Shown here one piece after another: positions 19,513 to 28,297 of a stretch of 62,639 nucleotides of DNA (within the stretch, counting starts at the first letter, position 1; each line of letters begins with the position of its first letter). The notes beneath the pieces were generated by a model. The model saw nothing but the letters and a program-made list of their open reading frames with translations. It ran no database searches and was not told where the DNA came from. This DNA is from a virus (Duplodnaviria; Caudoviricetes), in the IMG/VR virus record IMGVR_UViG_3300006638_000002, positions 1 to 62,639 of that record. One strand, written 5' to 3'. The position numbers were made by a program, and so were the translations under genes.

Positions 19513-22274
19513 CCATCAATGTTAAAGGCGCAGACGGCTCAAGTTTCGCCTTTCCTGACGGGACGGCCGAGGCGGATATAACTGGTGCCATGGATGCCCA
19601 TTATGGCTCTGCGGCCGCGCCGTCGGTCGCAAATGCTGACCCTCGATTTTCCGGTGGCGGCATGGCGGGCGAGAAATTCCTTGAAGGCGTTCCGGTTCTA
19701 GGCGGTGCAATCCCCTCAATCGGCGCAGCTATTTCGGCGGCCGCACAGCCACTGACTGGGGTAGGTGCTCCGGGTGCGACCTTTGCCGAACGCCATGCAG
19801 CCAATTTGGAGGCTGAAAAGGCGGCTTCAAAGGCAGCAGATATCGCGCAGCCTGGACTTTCGACGGCATTAAAAGTTGGCGGCGGAATAGCCTCTTTCGG
19901 TGGCGCGCTCAAAGCTGTTCCGGCGCTTGCTGGTCCGCTTGGTCTTGAAGGCACCATTCCGCAGATGGTCACCAAGGGCGCGATGTCCGGCGCCGGCATC
20001 AGTGCAGCCGATGCATTGGCGCGTGGCGAAGATCCCGGCTCCGCTGCGGTCGAAGGCGGTGTTTTGGGCGCTGCTGGTGGCCCTGTTGGTCGACTGATTG
20101 GCAAGACTGTGGGCGCCGGTATGCGCGCGGTACGCGGTGCCCCTGCGCTCGATCATGCGATCACCACGCCGGTTGCTGGCGTCGATGTGCCGGTTCCTAC
20201 GTCCGATCCGGCTGCTGCCTCTCAAATCGAGATTGCGCGCCGCGGTGGTGCTGGCGTTCCAGCCCAGCAGGTAGTCCAGCAAGGCGACCAAGGCGTGCAG
20301 GCTGCGCTCGAGCAGGCAAAGGGAAACATCGGCGCTTCTATCGATCCGAATGCCTCGCCGGCTGCTACCCCACAGGATTCCGCTGCCTCGGTGGCCGAGG
20401 AATTACGGGCGAACGAGGCTAATAGGTTCCAGACCGAACAATCGACCATGCAGCGGGCCACGCAAGGAACCAAAGACCTGCTGCAAAGTCTGGATACTAG
20501 TAGGCCAGTAACGCCCGTGGTACCGCCTGAGGCCCCTGTGGCTGGCGGTGCGCCAGCCATGGCCCCTCTGGCTACATCGGAGGCAGCCCCCCCTCTAGCC
20601 GGAACGGCCCCAGTTGCCGCTCCAACTGGCCCCACAATCCATGCAGAGTCCCCCCTAGCGGCGTCCGAAATCCTTTCGGCTGGCATCCAGCGCAAGGCCG
20701 AAGAGGCTGCCGCCGCCAGAACTGCTGCCTATGCGGCGAAGGCCGCCATTCCAGGAGAGTATAGCCGACAGGCACTAAAAAGCTCCGGCGATGCAATTCG
20801 ATCTGACTTGTCGAGCGGACCTATCGAGAACCGCGTTCGAGTAACCAGTTCTACTCCGAAGGCCACCGAAGCCCTCCAATTGATCGATGAGACGATTGGC
20901 GGCAGTCCTCCGCAGGCTCTGCCGAATGCTGCGGTGCCAAAATCGCAAATGACATTGGAACCGATCACTGGCGACACGATGGAGGGCGTTCGAAAAGGTC
21001 TAAATCAGATTTATGGAGACGCTTTGCGCTCGGCTAATGGTCCTGGCGGCAATCCAAGTGATGCGCGGGCAGTCGGACGAATCATCGATGCGTTCGACAC
21101 TCATATTTCGAACGTCGAGGACGCTGGCGGCTTCTCCGGTGATGCGAAAGCCCTCTCTGATGCACGCAACACAGCCCGCGCTTCCCATGTGGCTTATAAA
21201 ACGACTTTCGAGCCACGGAATCCAGGCGACAAGGCAGGTTCAAGCATCGAGAAGATCGTCGGGAAATTTGACGGTCAAGAAGCTGGTCCCGATCAGGTCA
21301 CGCAGATGGCTTATGGTTCCGCTGGTGAACCAGGTGGCACGCCAGCAGCGCAATTTGCGCAGCGAATAAAATCTATATTCGGTGAGAATTCTAAGGAATG
21401 GGCGGCCTATAAGCAGGGCCTCGCCTCTCACCTCATGAATGATGCGACTGGCAAGCCGCTCTCGCCAGCGGATGCGGCAGACCGAATCGATCAGTTCTTG
21501 AAAGCCCCAAAGGGCAAAATCTTAGGTCAAATGGCGCTAACTGCCGAAGATCGCGCGGCATTGGCTAATCATGCCGAGACATTGCGGGCGACTCAGCCTG
21601 TGGCACTGAAAGACCTAGGAACCGTGGATAAGTTGATCGGACGCATTACAGGCCGTGATGGTGGTCCGCCTGCATCGATCAATGAAGTCACCGATTATCT
21701 ATTCGGGCCCAGCAGCGGCAAGAAGGGACTTCAATTCCAACTGGCCACGCGGTTAAAGCGTGATCTATCGCCGGAAGGCTTTAATGCCTTGCGCACTGGC
21801 ATGTGGTCGAAGATGACCGGAGTCACCGAAGGCAAGACCGATCTGACGCCCAAGCGTCTGTCGGACAATCTTTTCGAGTTCTTGAATGGCTCGGGCAGTG
21901 ACTTGTCGAAGGTGCTCTATTCGCCGGCCGAGAGGACTGAAATGCTGCGGTTGGCGCAGGCGGTCAAGATGCACGTCCCGATCGCCGGCACTACCAATCC
22001 ATCCGGCACGGCGCCGATGCTGTCGAAGATCGCCCGCGGTGCCTCGCATCTGTTCTTGCCGACCGTTGGACTTGTCCATGGCGGAATTCCTGGTGCCATC
22101 GTTGGTGCCGCGGCGGACAAGGCGATCGGTAGCGTTTCGGCGGCGCGTGCGGCGCGCAAGGCAGGATTGTTGTATTATGGCCCGCAGCGTAGTGTTGCGA
22201 CCGACCCGCGTTTCGCCAAAGCGGCAGGCATCCTCACTCGGGGCGCCGCTCAGGGGCAGGTCGGCGGTCCCTAA
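19509..22274 (+). CDS. Large DNA ejection/internal virion protein
   Basis: 921 aa; F.FPDGT N-terminal motif, NPSGTA C-terminal motif, Gly-rich hydrophobic hairpins. Confidence 0.75.
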   Translation: MTINVKGADGSSFAFPDGTAEADITGAMDAHYGSAAAPSVANADPRFSGGGMAGEKFLEGVPVLGGAIPSIGAAISAAAQPLTGVGAPGATFAERHAANLEAEKAASKAADIAQPGLSTALKVGGGIASFGGALKAVPALAGPLGLEGTIPQMVTKGAMSGAGISAADALARGEDPGSAAVEGGVLGAAGGPVGRLIGKTVGAGMRAVRGAPALDHAITTPVAGVDVPVPTSDPAAASQIEIARRGGAGVPAQQVVQQGDQGVQAALEQAKGNIGASIDPNASPAATPQDSAASVAEELRANEANRFQTEQSTMQRATQGTKDLLQSLDTSRPVTPVVPPEAPVAGGAPAMAPLATSEAAPPLAGTAPVAAPTGPTIHAESPLAASEILSAGIQRKAEEAAAARTAAYAAKAAIPGEYSRQALKSSGDAIRSDLSSGPIENRVRVTSSTPKATEALQLIDETIGGSPPQALPNAAVPKSQMTLEPITGDTMEGVRKGLNQIYGDALRSANGPGGNPSDARAVGRIIDAFDTHISNVEDAGGFSGDAKALSDARNTARASHVAYKTTFEPRNPGDKAGSSIEKIVGKFDGQEAGPDQVTQMAYGSAGEPGGTPAAQFAQRIKSIFGENSKEWAAYKQGLASHLMNDATGKPLSPADAADRIDQFLKAPKGKILGQMALTAEDRAALANHAETLRATQPVALKDLGTVDKLIGRITGRDGGPPASINEVTDYLFGPSSGKKGLQFQLATRLKRDLSPEGFNALRTGMWSKMTGVTEGKTDLTPKRLSDNLFEFLNGSGSDLSKVLYSPAERTEMLRLAQAVKMHVPIAGTTNPSGTAPMLSKIARGASHLFLPTVGLVHGGIPGAIVGAAADKAIGSVSAARAARKAGLLYYGPQRSVATDPRFAKAAGILTRGAAQGQVGGP

Positions 22275-22425
22275 CGTCAAGCCATCGAGCGATGGCGACA
22301 ACTCCCACTAACAGCGCACCGGCGATCGTGGTTCCGATCAAGCCGATGAAGGCAGGAATGATGTAAAGGCGCAGTGCGACCATTATTCCGATGAAGGTCG
22401 CGACCATCGCAATCCGCAGGAGCAT
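22234..22425 (-). CDS. Antisense small membrane protein
   Basis: Fills the 155-bp gap in the late operon; two hydrophobic helices; start uncertain. Confidence 0.45.
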   Translation of the reverse strand: MLLRIAMVATFIGIMVALRLYIIPAFIGLIGTTIAGALLVGVVAIARWLDVRDRRPAPERRPE

Positions 22426-22429
22426 CGGT

Positions 22430-23185
22430 ATGGCTGACAGTTCTGTGGACATTCCCGCGATCATCCGTGAAAAAGCGGCGGCTTACGGCGTTGATCCAGA
22501 CACGCTTTTGCAAACGGCTAAAGTAGAAAGCAACCTCGACCCCACTAACGCTAATCCCGCGTCCTCTGCGAGGGGGTTATTCCAGCAAACCACCGGAAAC
22601 TGGAAGCAATATGGGAACGGCGGCGATCCGCTCGATCCAGTCGCTAGTGCTGATGCTGGCGCTCGGTTCATGGCGGCGAATCAGAAGCTACTCACGGCAT
22701 CCGGTATTCAGCCGACGCCTGGTGCGCTCTATCTGAGTCATTTCGCCGGGCCCGGGGGGGCGCTGAAGGTTCTCAAATCCGATCCGACTGCATCAGCGGC
22801 TGATATTCTCGGTCCCGCGGTGGTCAAGGCCAATCCATTCCTCGCCAATATGTCGGCAGGTGATTTGCAGTCATGGGCTGATCGCAAGATGAGCGGTTCG
22901 GCACCTGCTGGTGCGCCTGCTACCGCCGCGCCGACTCAAATGGCGTCCGCTGCTCCGGTCGCTGGCGGTGCTGCGCCTGACACATCGGCGGCTGCACCGA
23001 CCGAGCCAGCAATCAATCCAGACCTGATGGCGCAGTTGTCAGCCGTTCCTAAAATGCTGGCGCAATCGCAGCCGGATGTTTCGCAGCAGGCACCTCCACC
23101 GATGGCACCGATGTTCGATCCATCAGCACTCGCTCGCGCCCGCATACTGTCTCGTGTTATAGCTGGGCAGCCGATTACGGGATAG
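22430..23185 (+). CDS. Lytic transglycosylase (SLT-like), probably virion-associated
   Basis: AKVES..DP...NP.SSARGLFQ, LYLSHFAGPGGA motifs; AGGAG SD. Confidence 0.85.
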   Translation: MADSSVDIPAIIREKAAAYGVDPDTLLQTAKVESNLDPTNANPASSARGLFQQTTGNWKQYGNGGDPLDPVASADAGARFMAANQKLLTASGIQPTPGALYLSHFAGPGGALKVLKSDPTASAADILGPAVVKANPFLANMSAGDLQSWADRKMSGSAPAGAPATAAPTQMASAAPVAGGAAPDTSAAAPTEPAINPDLMAQLSAVPKMLAQSQPDVSQQAPPPMAPMFDPSALARARILSRVIAGQPITG

Positions 23186-23195
23186 GATTTGTCCA

Positions 23196-24266
23196 ATGCT
23201 ACGTTCTCGACCTTGGTTGATGATTATCGCACTGCTCGCTCTGGCTATCCCAGCGCAAGCCGCGATGTGGCAGTGGTCCAAGACGCCATCCTCGAATGCT
23301 ACTGCGGATCCCAGCGTGAACTGGTCGATCGGCATGGCCCCGAGTGCAGTGGATGCATCGGGGCGTGCCATGATGGCCCGCACTGCGGAAAATCGCGACG
23401 ACATTTCGGGCCTGCTTTCTGCTGGTGGTACTGCGACTGCCTATACCGTCACGACTAATCAAGGCCTTCCCGCTACTCCGAATGACGGGCAACTGCTTGG
23501 ATTCACCCCGACCAATACGAATGGGGCTGGCGTTACTCTGTCGGCGGACAGCGGCGGTGTTTTTCCAATTCAAAGTTCGGCTGGTACGGGAATTTCCAGC
23601 GGTTCTTTGGTATCCGGCACGCCATATACGGTGAAGTTCTCGGCTTCGGCTTCTGCATGGGTCGTGCGGAATTTCTTCGGCAGCCCATTCACAGTGCCGA
23701 TCGGCGCGATGCTGCCTTATACCGGGACGACTTCGCCAAATTCCAATTTCATATTTCCTGCAGGCCAGTGCATCTCGCGCACGACTTATGCTGCCTATTT
23801 CGTGCAGGTTAGCACGACATATGGTGCTTGCGATGGCAGCACGACTTTCGGCGTTCCAGACATGCGCGGTCGCACGATCGCTGCGATTGATAACCTTGGC
23901 GGCACGGCGGCCAATCGACTAACGACAACTTATTTTGGCTCTGATCCGACTGTGGTTGGCGATGCTGGTGGTTCGCAAAGTCATACGTTGACGCAATCGG
24001 AGTTGAGCGTTTCGCTAGGCACCGCGACAAGCACCGTTACCGATCCTGGCCACTCGCACGTTGAAACCGCCGCTCCTGGTTCAGGAGGATTAAGTGGCGT
24101 TGCAGTGCAAAGTGGTGCATCAGCGCAGGCTGCTACGAATTACACAACGCTGGCCGGCACGACAGGGATTAGCGTTGCAACTACTATTACGAACGCTGGT
24201 GGTGGAAATCCTCACGCCATTGTGCCGCCGATGATCGTGCTCTCCTACATACTTCGGGTGCTCTGA
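23196..24266 (+). CDS. Tail fibre with tail-collar domain and Sec signal peptide
   Basis: MLRSRPWLMIIALLALAIPAQA|AMWQW; VPIGAMLPY..GQCISRTTY..YGACDGSTTFGVPDMRGR..GG.QSHTLT..H.H..H..VPP collar/tip motifs. Confidence 0.85.
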   Translation: MLRSRPWLMIIALLALAIPAQAAMWQWSKTPSSNATADPSVNWSIGMAPSAVDASGRAMMARTAENRDDISGLLSAGGTATAYTVTTNQGLPATPNDGQLLGFTPTNTNGAGVTLSADSGGVFPIQSSAGTGISSGSLVSGTPYTVKFSASASAWVVRNFFGSPFTVPIGAMLPYTGTTSPNSNFIFPAGQCISRTTYAAYFVQVSTTYGACDGSTTFGVPDMRGRTIAAIDNLGGTAANRLTTTYFGSDPTVVGDAGGSQSHTLTQSELSVSLGTATSTVTDPGHSHVETAAPGSGGLSGVAVQSGASAQAATNYTTLAGTTGISVATTITNAGGGNPHAIVPPMIVLSYILRVL

Positions 24267-24700
24267 TGACCGTCCTCCGCACCAATCTTCACAATACCCG
24301 TGATTCTGCGCGGCAGATTCGGTTCGAGCCGACAGCGGGAATCACGGCGACAAATGTCCAGAAAGCCGTTGAACAAGGCGGCGGGGGTGGAGGTGGTGGC
24401 GGTCCAGTTGTTCCAACGAATATCTCCTTTTCAAACTCGCCATATACGGTGCTGTCGACCGATACTTTCCTCGCCGTCGATACGGCTGGCGGCGCAGTGG
24501 TTATTGATCTGGTAGCGGCTGCGTCTCGTTCGCTTCCCATAACCATCAAAGACATGACCGGACATGCAAACACTAATCCAATGAGCATCGTTCCGAATGG
24601 TGCAGAGACTATCGATGGCCTAAGCCCCTATTCGGTTGGCTCCGATTTTGGTGGCGTCCAACTCATTCCGCAGACTGGCGGCTATATGGTTGCCCCATGA
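24266..24700 (+). CDS. Tail fibre-associated protein (no signal peptide, no Cys)
   Basis: I.F.P..GITATNVQ.A motif, Gly9 linker, IKD..G.A.TN...I...G.ETIDG domain. Confidence 0.75.
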   Translation: MTVLRTNLHNTRDSARQIRFEPTAGITATNVQKAVEQGGGGGGGGGPVVPTNISFSNSPYTVLSTDTFLAVDTAGGAVVIDLVAAASRSLPITIKDMTGHANTNPMSIVPNGAETIDGLSPYSVGSDFGGVQLIPQTGGYMVAP

Positions 24701-26610
24701 AGATTATCTTACGAATCCTTATCGCCTTTGGCCTTCTGCTCGGACAGGCCTACGCGCAACAGGGCGCGCAGTTGCCGGCAGGTACTGCGTTTGGCAATGC
24801 GGGATCATTGAGAGCGCCTGCTGTTCCTGTACCGTTTTCGACGATTGTCTCGATGGGAGGCGGCGGTGGAGGAGGTGGCGGCTCGTCGACAATAAATCGG
24901 CAGGATTTCTGTTTAGTCGGAATTACGGGCTGCCTTTATACATTTAGCTCCGGCGCGACATCGGTAACTCTGGCCACGACGCCAGCCAGCACGAATTCCG
25001 TCACTGTCTCGTTTAACGGGGTGACCCAAGCCGGAAACACTTGGTCGCTTTCCGGCAGCACGATAACATTCGCCGCTGCTGTACCATCTGATGTGAAGGT
25101 GATCGATGTCACGTCTCTGTCGGCCAGCATCTCGAGCGGCACGGTCACGAGCGTTGGCCTATCCGATGCTTCGGCTACACCGATCTACGCAATTACCAAT
25201 AGCCCAGTCACAAACTCTGGAAGCCTTACATTAACACTGACTACTAAAAGTCCGAACGTGGTGTTTGCTGGGCCATCGAGCGGAGGGGCGAATCAGCCAA
25301 GCTTTCGCTCTTTAGTTGGCGCTGATTTGCCTTTACCAGCCGCGGCCACATTGGGCGGCATTAAGAGCATTACGTCAGTCGCGTCTAACTGGATTTCAGA
25401 CATTGGAACAGACGGCACGCCGCATCAATCACAGCCGACATATACCGATCTTGCTGCTGGTGCGCCGACATCAACGGCGTCCGTCCTCGGGCTCGTAAAA
25501 CCTGATGCGACGACAATCACGATTTCTAGCGGAATATTGACCGCCGCTACGGCTACATCGTCGACATTGGGTGTTGTGAAGCCGGACAATTCGACAATTA
25601 CAATCTCGGCTGGCGTGATTAGCGCAGTGGGATCATCGCTCACGGTCGGATCCACAATTACCGGCTCATGCACGTCTGGCTATGTTGTCTATAGCAATTC
25701 CGGTGTTGTCGGCTGCGAATTGCTGGCTGGTGGCGGCAATGTCAGCAACTCTGGAACACCTACGATTGGACAGCTTGCAATCTGGACCAACGCGACGACC
25801 GTACAGGGTTTGACCGCGCTACCGGCCGCAAACTTTCCAGCCCTTACTGGCGATGTGACAACTGCTGGCGCCTCGCTCGCAACGACCGTTGCTAAGATCG
25901 ACGGATTCGCCATGTCGATCGGTGGGACGGTTACGACTGCGGGAAATGTTACCTTTGCAGGGGCATATCCATTCACCGGCACACTGACGGCCAGCACTAG
26001 CGTTACGTTCCCGACATCAGGGACACTGGTCAATTCCGGTGTGGCAACACTTAGCTCGCTAACCTCGGTTGGGGCGCTGGCGTCTGGATCGCTTACGACC
26101 GGCTTTACCGTCGTGCCTGCTGCAATAGGCGGCACTGGCGTTAACAACGGTAGCAATACGCTGACGCTTGGCGGCTCCATGACGACAACTGGCGCAGCAA
26201 CACCGACGTTTGCCTTCGGCTCAGGATCATGGACTTACACCTTTGCTGCGAGTGCAAATGATTCGGTCGCTCTGCTAGGCAAAGTCAGCCAAGCCTTCTC
26301 AGGTGGCGTTCACTTGACCTCGTATAATATCGGCACAGTGTCGAGCGGAACAACGACTATCGATTGCGGTAATGGTCCGAGCCAATATCTAACCAATGGT
26401 GGAGCATTCACGTTCGCAGCACCTAGCAGCGATAGCCAATGCCTTGTCATTGTTACGAACAACGGTAGCGCAGGAGCTATTACATTTTCTGGCTTTACGG
26501 CAGAGGCCAGTCACGGTGACGCTCTTGATACGACGAATGCCCATAAATTCACGGTGAGCGTATGGCGTGGTAATTCTACCGCCGACTACCGCGTGGTGGC
26601 GATGCAATGA
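24697..26610 (+). CDS. Tail fibre-like protein with Sec signal peptide
   Basis: MKIILRILIAFGLLLGQAYA|QQ; Gly9 linker; LG.VKPD..TITI..G repeats; PSFRSLV.ADLP; 6 Cys in three close pairs. Confidence 0.8.
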   Translation: MKIILRILIAFGLLLGQAYAQQGAQLPAGTAFGNAGSLRAPAVPVPFSTIVSMGGGGGGGGGSSTINRQDFCLVGITGCLYTFSSGATSVTLATTPASTNSVTVSFNGVTQAGNTWSLSGSTITFAAAVPSDVKVIDVTSLSASISSGTVTSVGLSDASATPIYAITNSPVTNSGSLTLTLTTKSPNVVFAGPSSGGANQPSFRSLVGADLPLPAAATLGGIKSITSVASNWISDIGTDGTPHQSQPTYTDLAAGAPTSTASVLGLVKPDATTITISSGILTAATATSSTLGVVKPDNSTITISAGVISAVGSSLTVGSTITGSCTSGYVVYSNSGVVGCELLAGGGNVSNSGTPTIGQLAIWTNATTVQGLTALPAANFPALTGDVTTAGASLATTVAKIDGFAMSIGGTVTTAGNVTFAGAYPFTGTLTASTSVTFPTSGTLVNSGVATLSSLTSVGALASGSLTTGFTVVPAAIGGTGVNNGSNTLTLGGSMTTTGAATPTFAFGSGSWTYTFAASANDSVALLGKVSQAFSGGVHLTSYNIGTVSSGTTTIDCGNGPSQYLTNGGAFTFAAPSSDSQCLVIVTNNGSAGAITFSGFTAEASHGDALDTTNAHKFTVSVWRGNSTADYRVVAMQ

Positions 26611-27386
26611 TGAAAAAGATTTTTGCATTTCTGATCTGTCTAGTGGCATTTACGTCGCCAGCGTGGGCGAGTATTACTTTCACTGCTGCGGGAACGCAGT
26701 CCAGCACATCGTCGAACACTCTTACATTAAATAGTTCGTCTACAAGTCCAGCAAGCATTCCGGCTGGCTCGGTCATCATATTATCCGTCACCGACTTATC
26801 TGGCAGCGGGACGCTTAGTTCCGTCGCAGACAACGCCGGAAACGTTTACTCGCTTGCCACGTCTAAAGCGCTGAATGGCTCATCCGCGACCGGAACAGGA
26901 TTTGTTTATATTAGCTACACCGGAAATGCGCTGAATCTTACAGCGAGCGGAACAATTACTTATACTCTTAATTTTTCTTCTGGCCCGCGTTCTGCTGTTG
27001 CCAGCGTCTCGTATGCAAGCGGAACGCTGCTAAGTTCGTCCGTATTAGACGCTACCGTTACGGCGACGGCGAGTGGGAACAGCGGGACCATTACGGTTGG
27101 CTCTGGCATCCCGGCAGTAGCTAATGAACTTCTGATCTGTGTATTCTCAAACAATAATGCTTCGACCTTTACGCAGGATAGCGGCAACGGTTGGGCTGCA
27201 CCGCCGACGAGAGCTATACAAGGAAGTTCTTCTCAGATCGCAGGCGGGAGTCAAGTAGCGAGCGCTGCTAAGACCTGCGTGCCGACATTGGGCACGAAAG
27301 GTTCGTGGGCCATTCAGACTATTGGGCTCAAGCCAGCAGTAACGATTGCTACGCCGTTTATCTTTCTTCCGGCTATCGTGCCATGA
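26607..27386 (+). CDS. Exported beta-rich protein with Sec signal peptide
   Basis: MMKKIFAFLICLVAFTSPAWA|SIT; SVADNAGNVY motif; two mature Cys. Confidence 0.8.
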   Translation: MMKKIFAFLICLVAFTSPAWASITFTAAGTQSSTSSNTLTLNSSSTSPASIPAGSVIILSVTDLSGSGTLSSVADNAGNVYSLATSKALNGSSATGTGFVYISYTGNALNLTASGTITYTLNFSSGPRSAVASVSYASGTLLSSSVLDATVTATASGNSGTITVGSGIPAVANELLICVFSNNNASTFTQDSGNGWAAPPTRAIQGSSSQIAGGSQVASAAKTCVPTLGTKGSWAIQTIGLKPAVTIATPFIFLPAIVP

Positions 27387-28297
27387 GGATTCATATGCTC
27401 AGATTAGCAAAACTCACGGTGGCATTTTTGGCTCTGACTGGCATTGCTTTCGCGGCTCCGCCGACCACGACAACGGTGCCTAGCCAATTGCTGACGATGC
27501 CGCTGGATAGCATCCTCACGACGATGACGCCGACTACTGCTGGCGCCGGATTTAATCTTCCGCAGGGGGTGGCTCCAACGGTGCCGAATAATGGCGACGT
27601 TTGGACAACGAGTGCTGGTTTGTTTTTTAGAATTGCTGGCGTGACTGTCGGCCCGATCGGTGCAAGCGGAATAACGATCAACGCGACTCCGGTCACGGGG
27701 GCGACGGCTGGACAAGTTTTATTTAGCGATGGTTCTAAATTGCAGGCCTATTCGATCACGGGAACGGCTGGCAATGCTGTGATGTCAAATGCGCCGACGA
27801 TTGCTTCGCCAATATTCACTGGCACTGTTGCTGGCAACGCGACGATTCCTTTGTCAATACTAGTGCAGGGCACTGCCAATTCTATGATCGGCAACTGGTC
27901 GAACAGCACCGGGTATTTCCAAGCCAATACGATGCCGCCATGTCCTGATACGGGCGGCCATCTCAATTATGTTTCAGGGGCCGGTATTACCTGTGGAACT
28001 GGCGGTAGCTTTGGCGGTCGTGTTATCACTGCGGCAGGTGCGGTCACAATCACAACTTCCGATGATGTGGTAATCATCAAGAAATCATCGCCTGCGACGA
28101 CAACGGTAAACCTGCCATCTAGCCCGGTTAACTGGCAGAAAATCAGGATCAAGGACGGGTCGTGCAACTCAGGAACCTTTGCCATTACGATCACACCGGC
28201 GGCTGGCAATATCGATAATGCATCGACCTACGTCCTCAACCGCAACTGCCAATCGGTCACGCTGACCTATGACGGCGCTCAATGGGACACGCTGTAA
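27383..28297 (+). CDS. Tail fibre-like protein with Sec signal peptide (start 27383 or 27395)
   Basis: MLRLAKLTVAFLALTGIAFA|APP; APT.P.NGDVW motif; C-terminal IKD.....ID..W domain; 4 Cys. Confidence 0.8.
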   Translation: MRIHMLRLAKLTVAFLALTGIAFAAPPTTTTVPSQLLTMPLDSILTTMTPTTAGAGFNLPQGVAPTVPNNGDVWTTSAGLFFRIAGVTVGPIGASGITINATPVTGATAGQVLFSDGSKLQAYSITGTAGNAVMSNAPTIASPIFTGTVAGNATIPLSILVQGTANSMIGNWSNSTGYFQANTMPPCPDTGGHLNYVSGAGITCGTGGSFGGRVITAAGAVTITTSDDVVIIKKSSPATTTVNLPSSPVNWQKIRIKDGSCNSGTFAITITPAAGNIDNASTYVLNRNCQSVTLTYDGAQWDTL

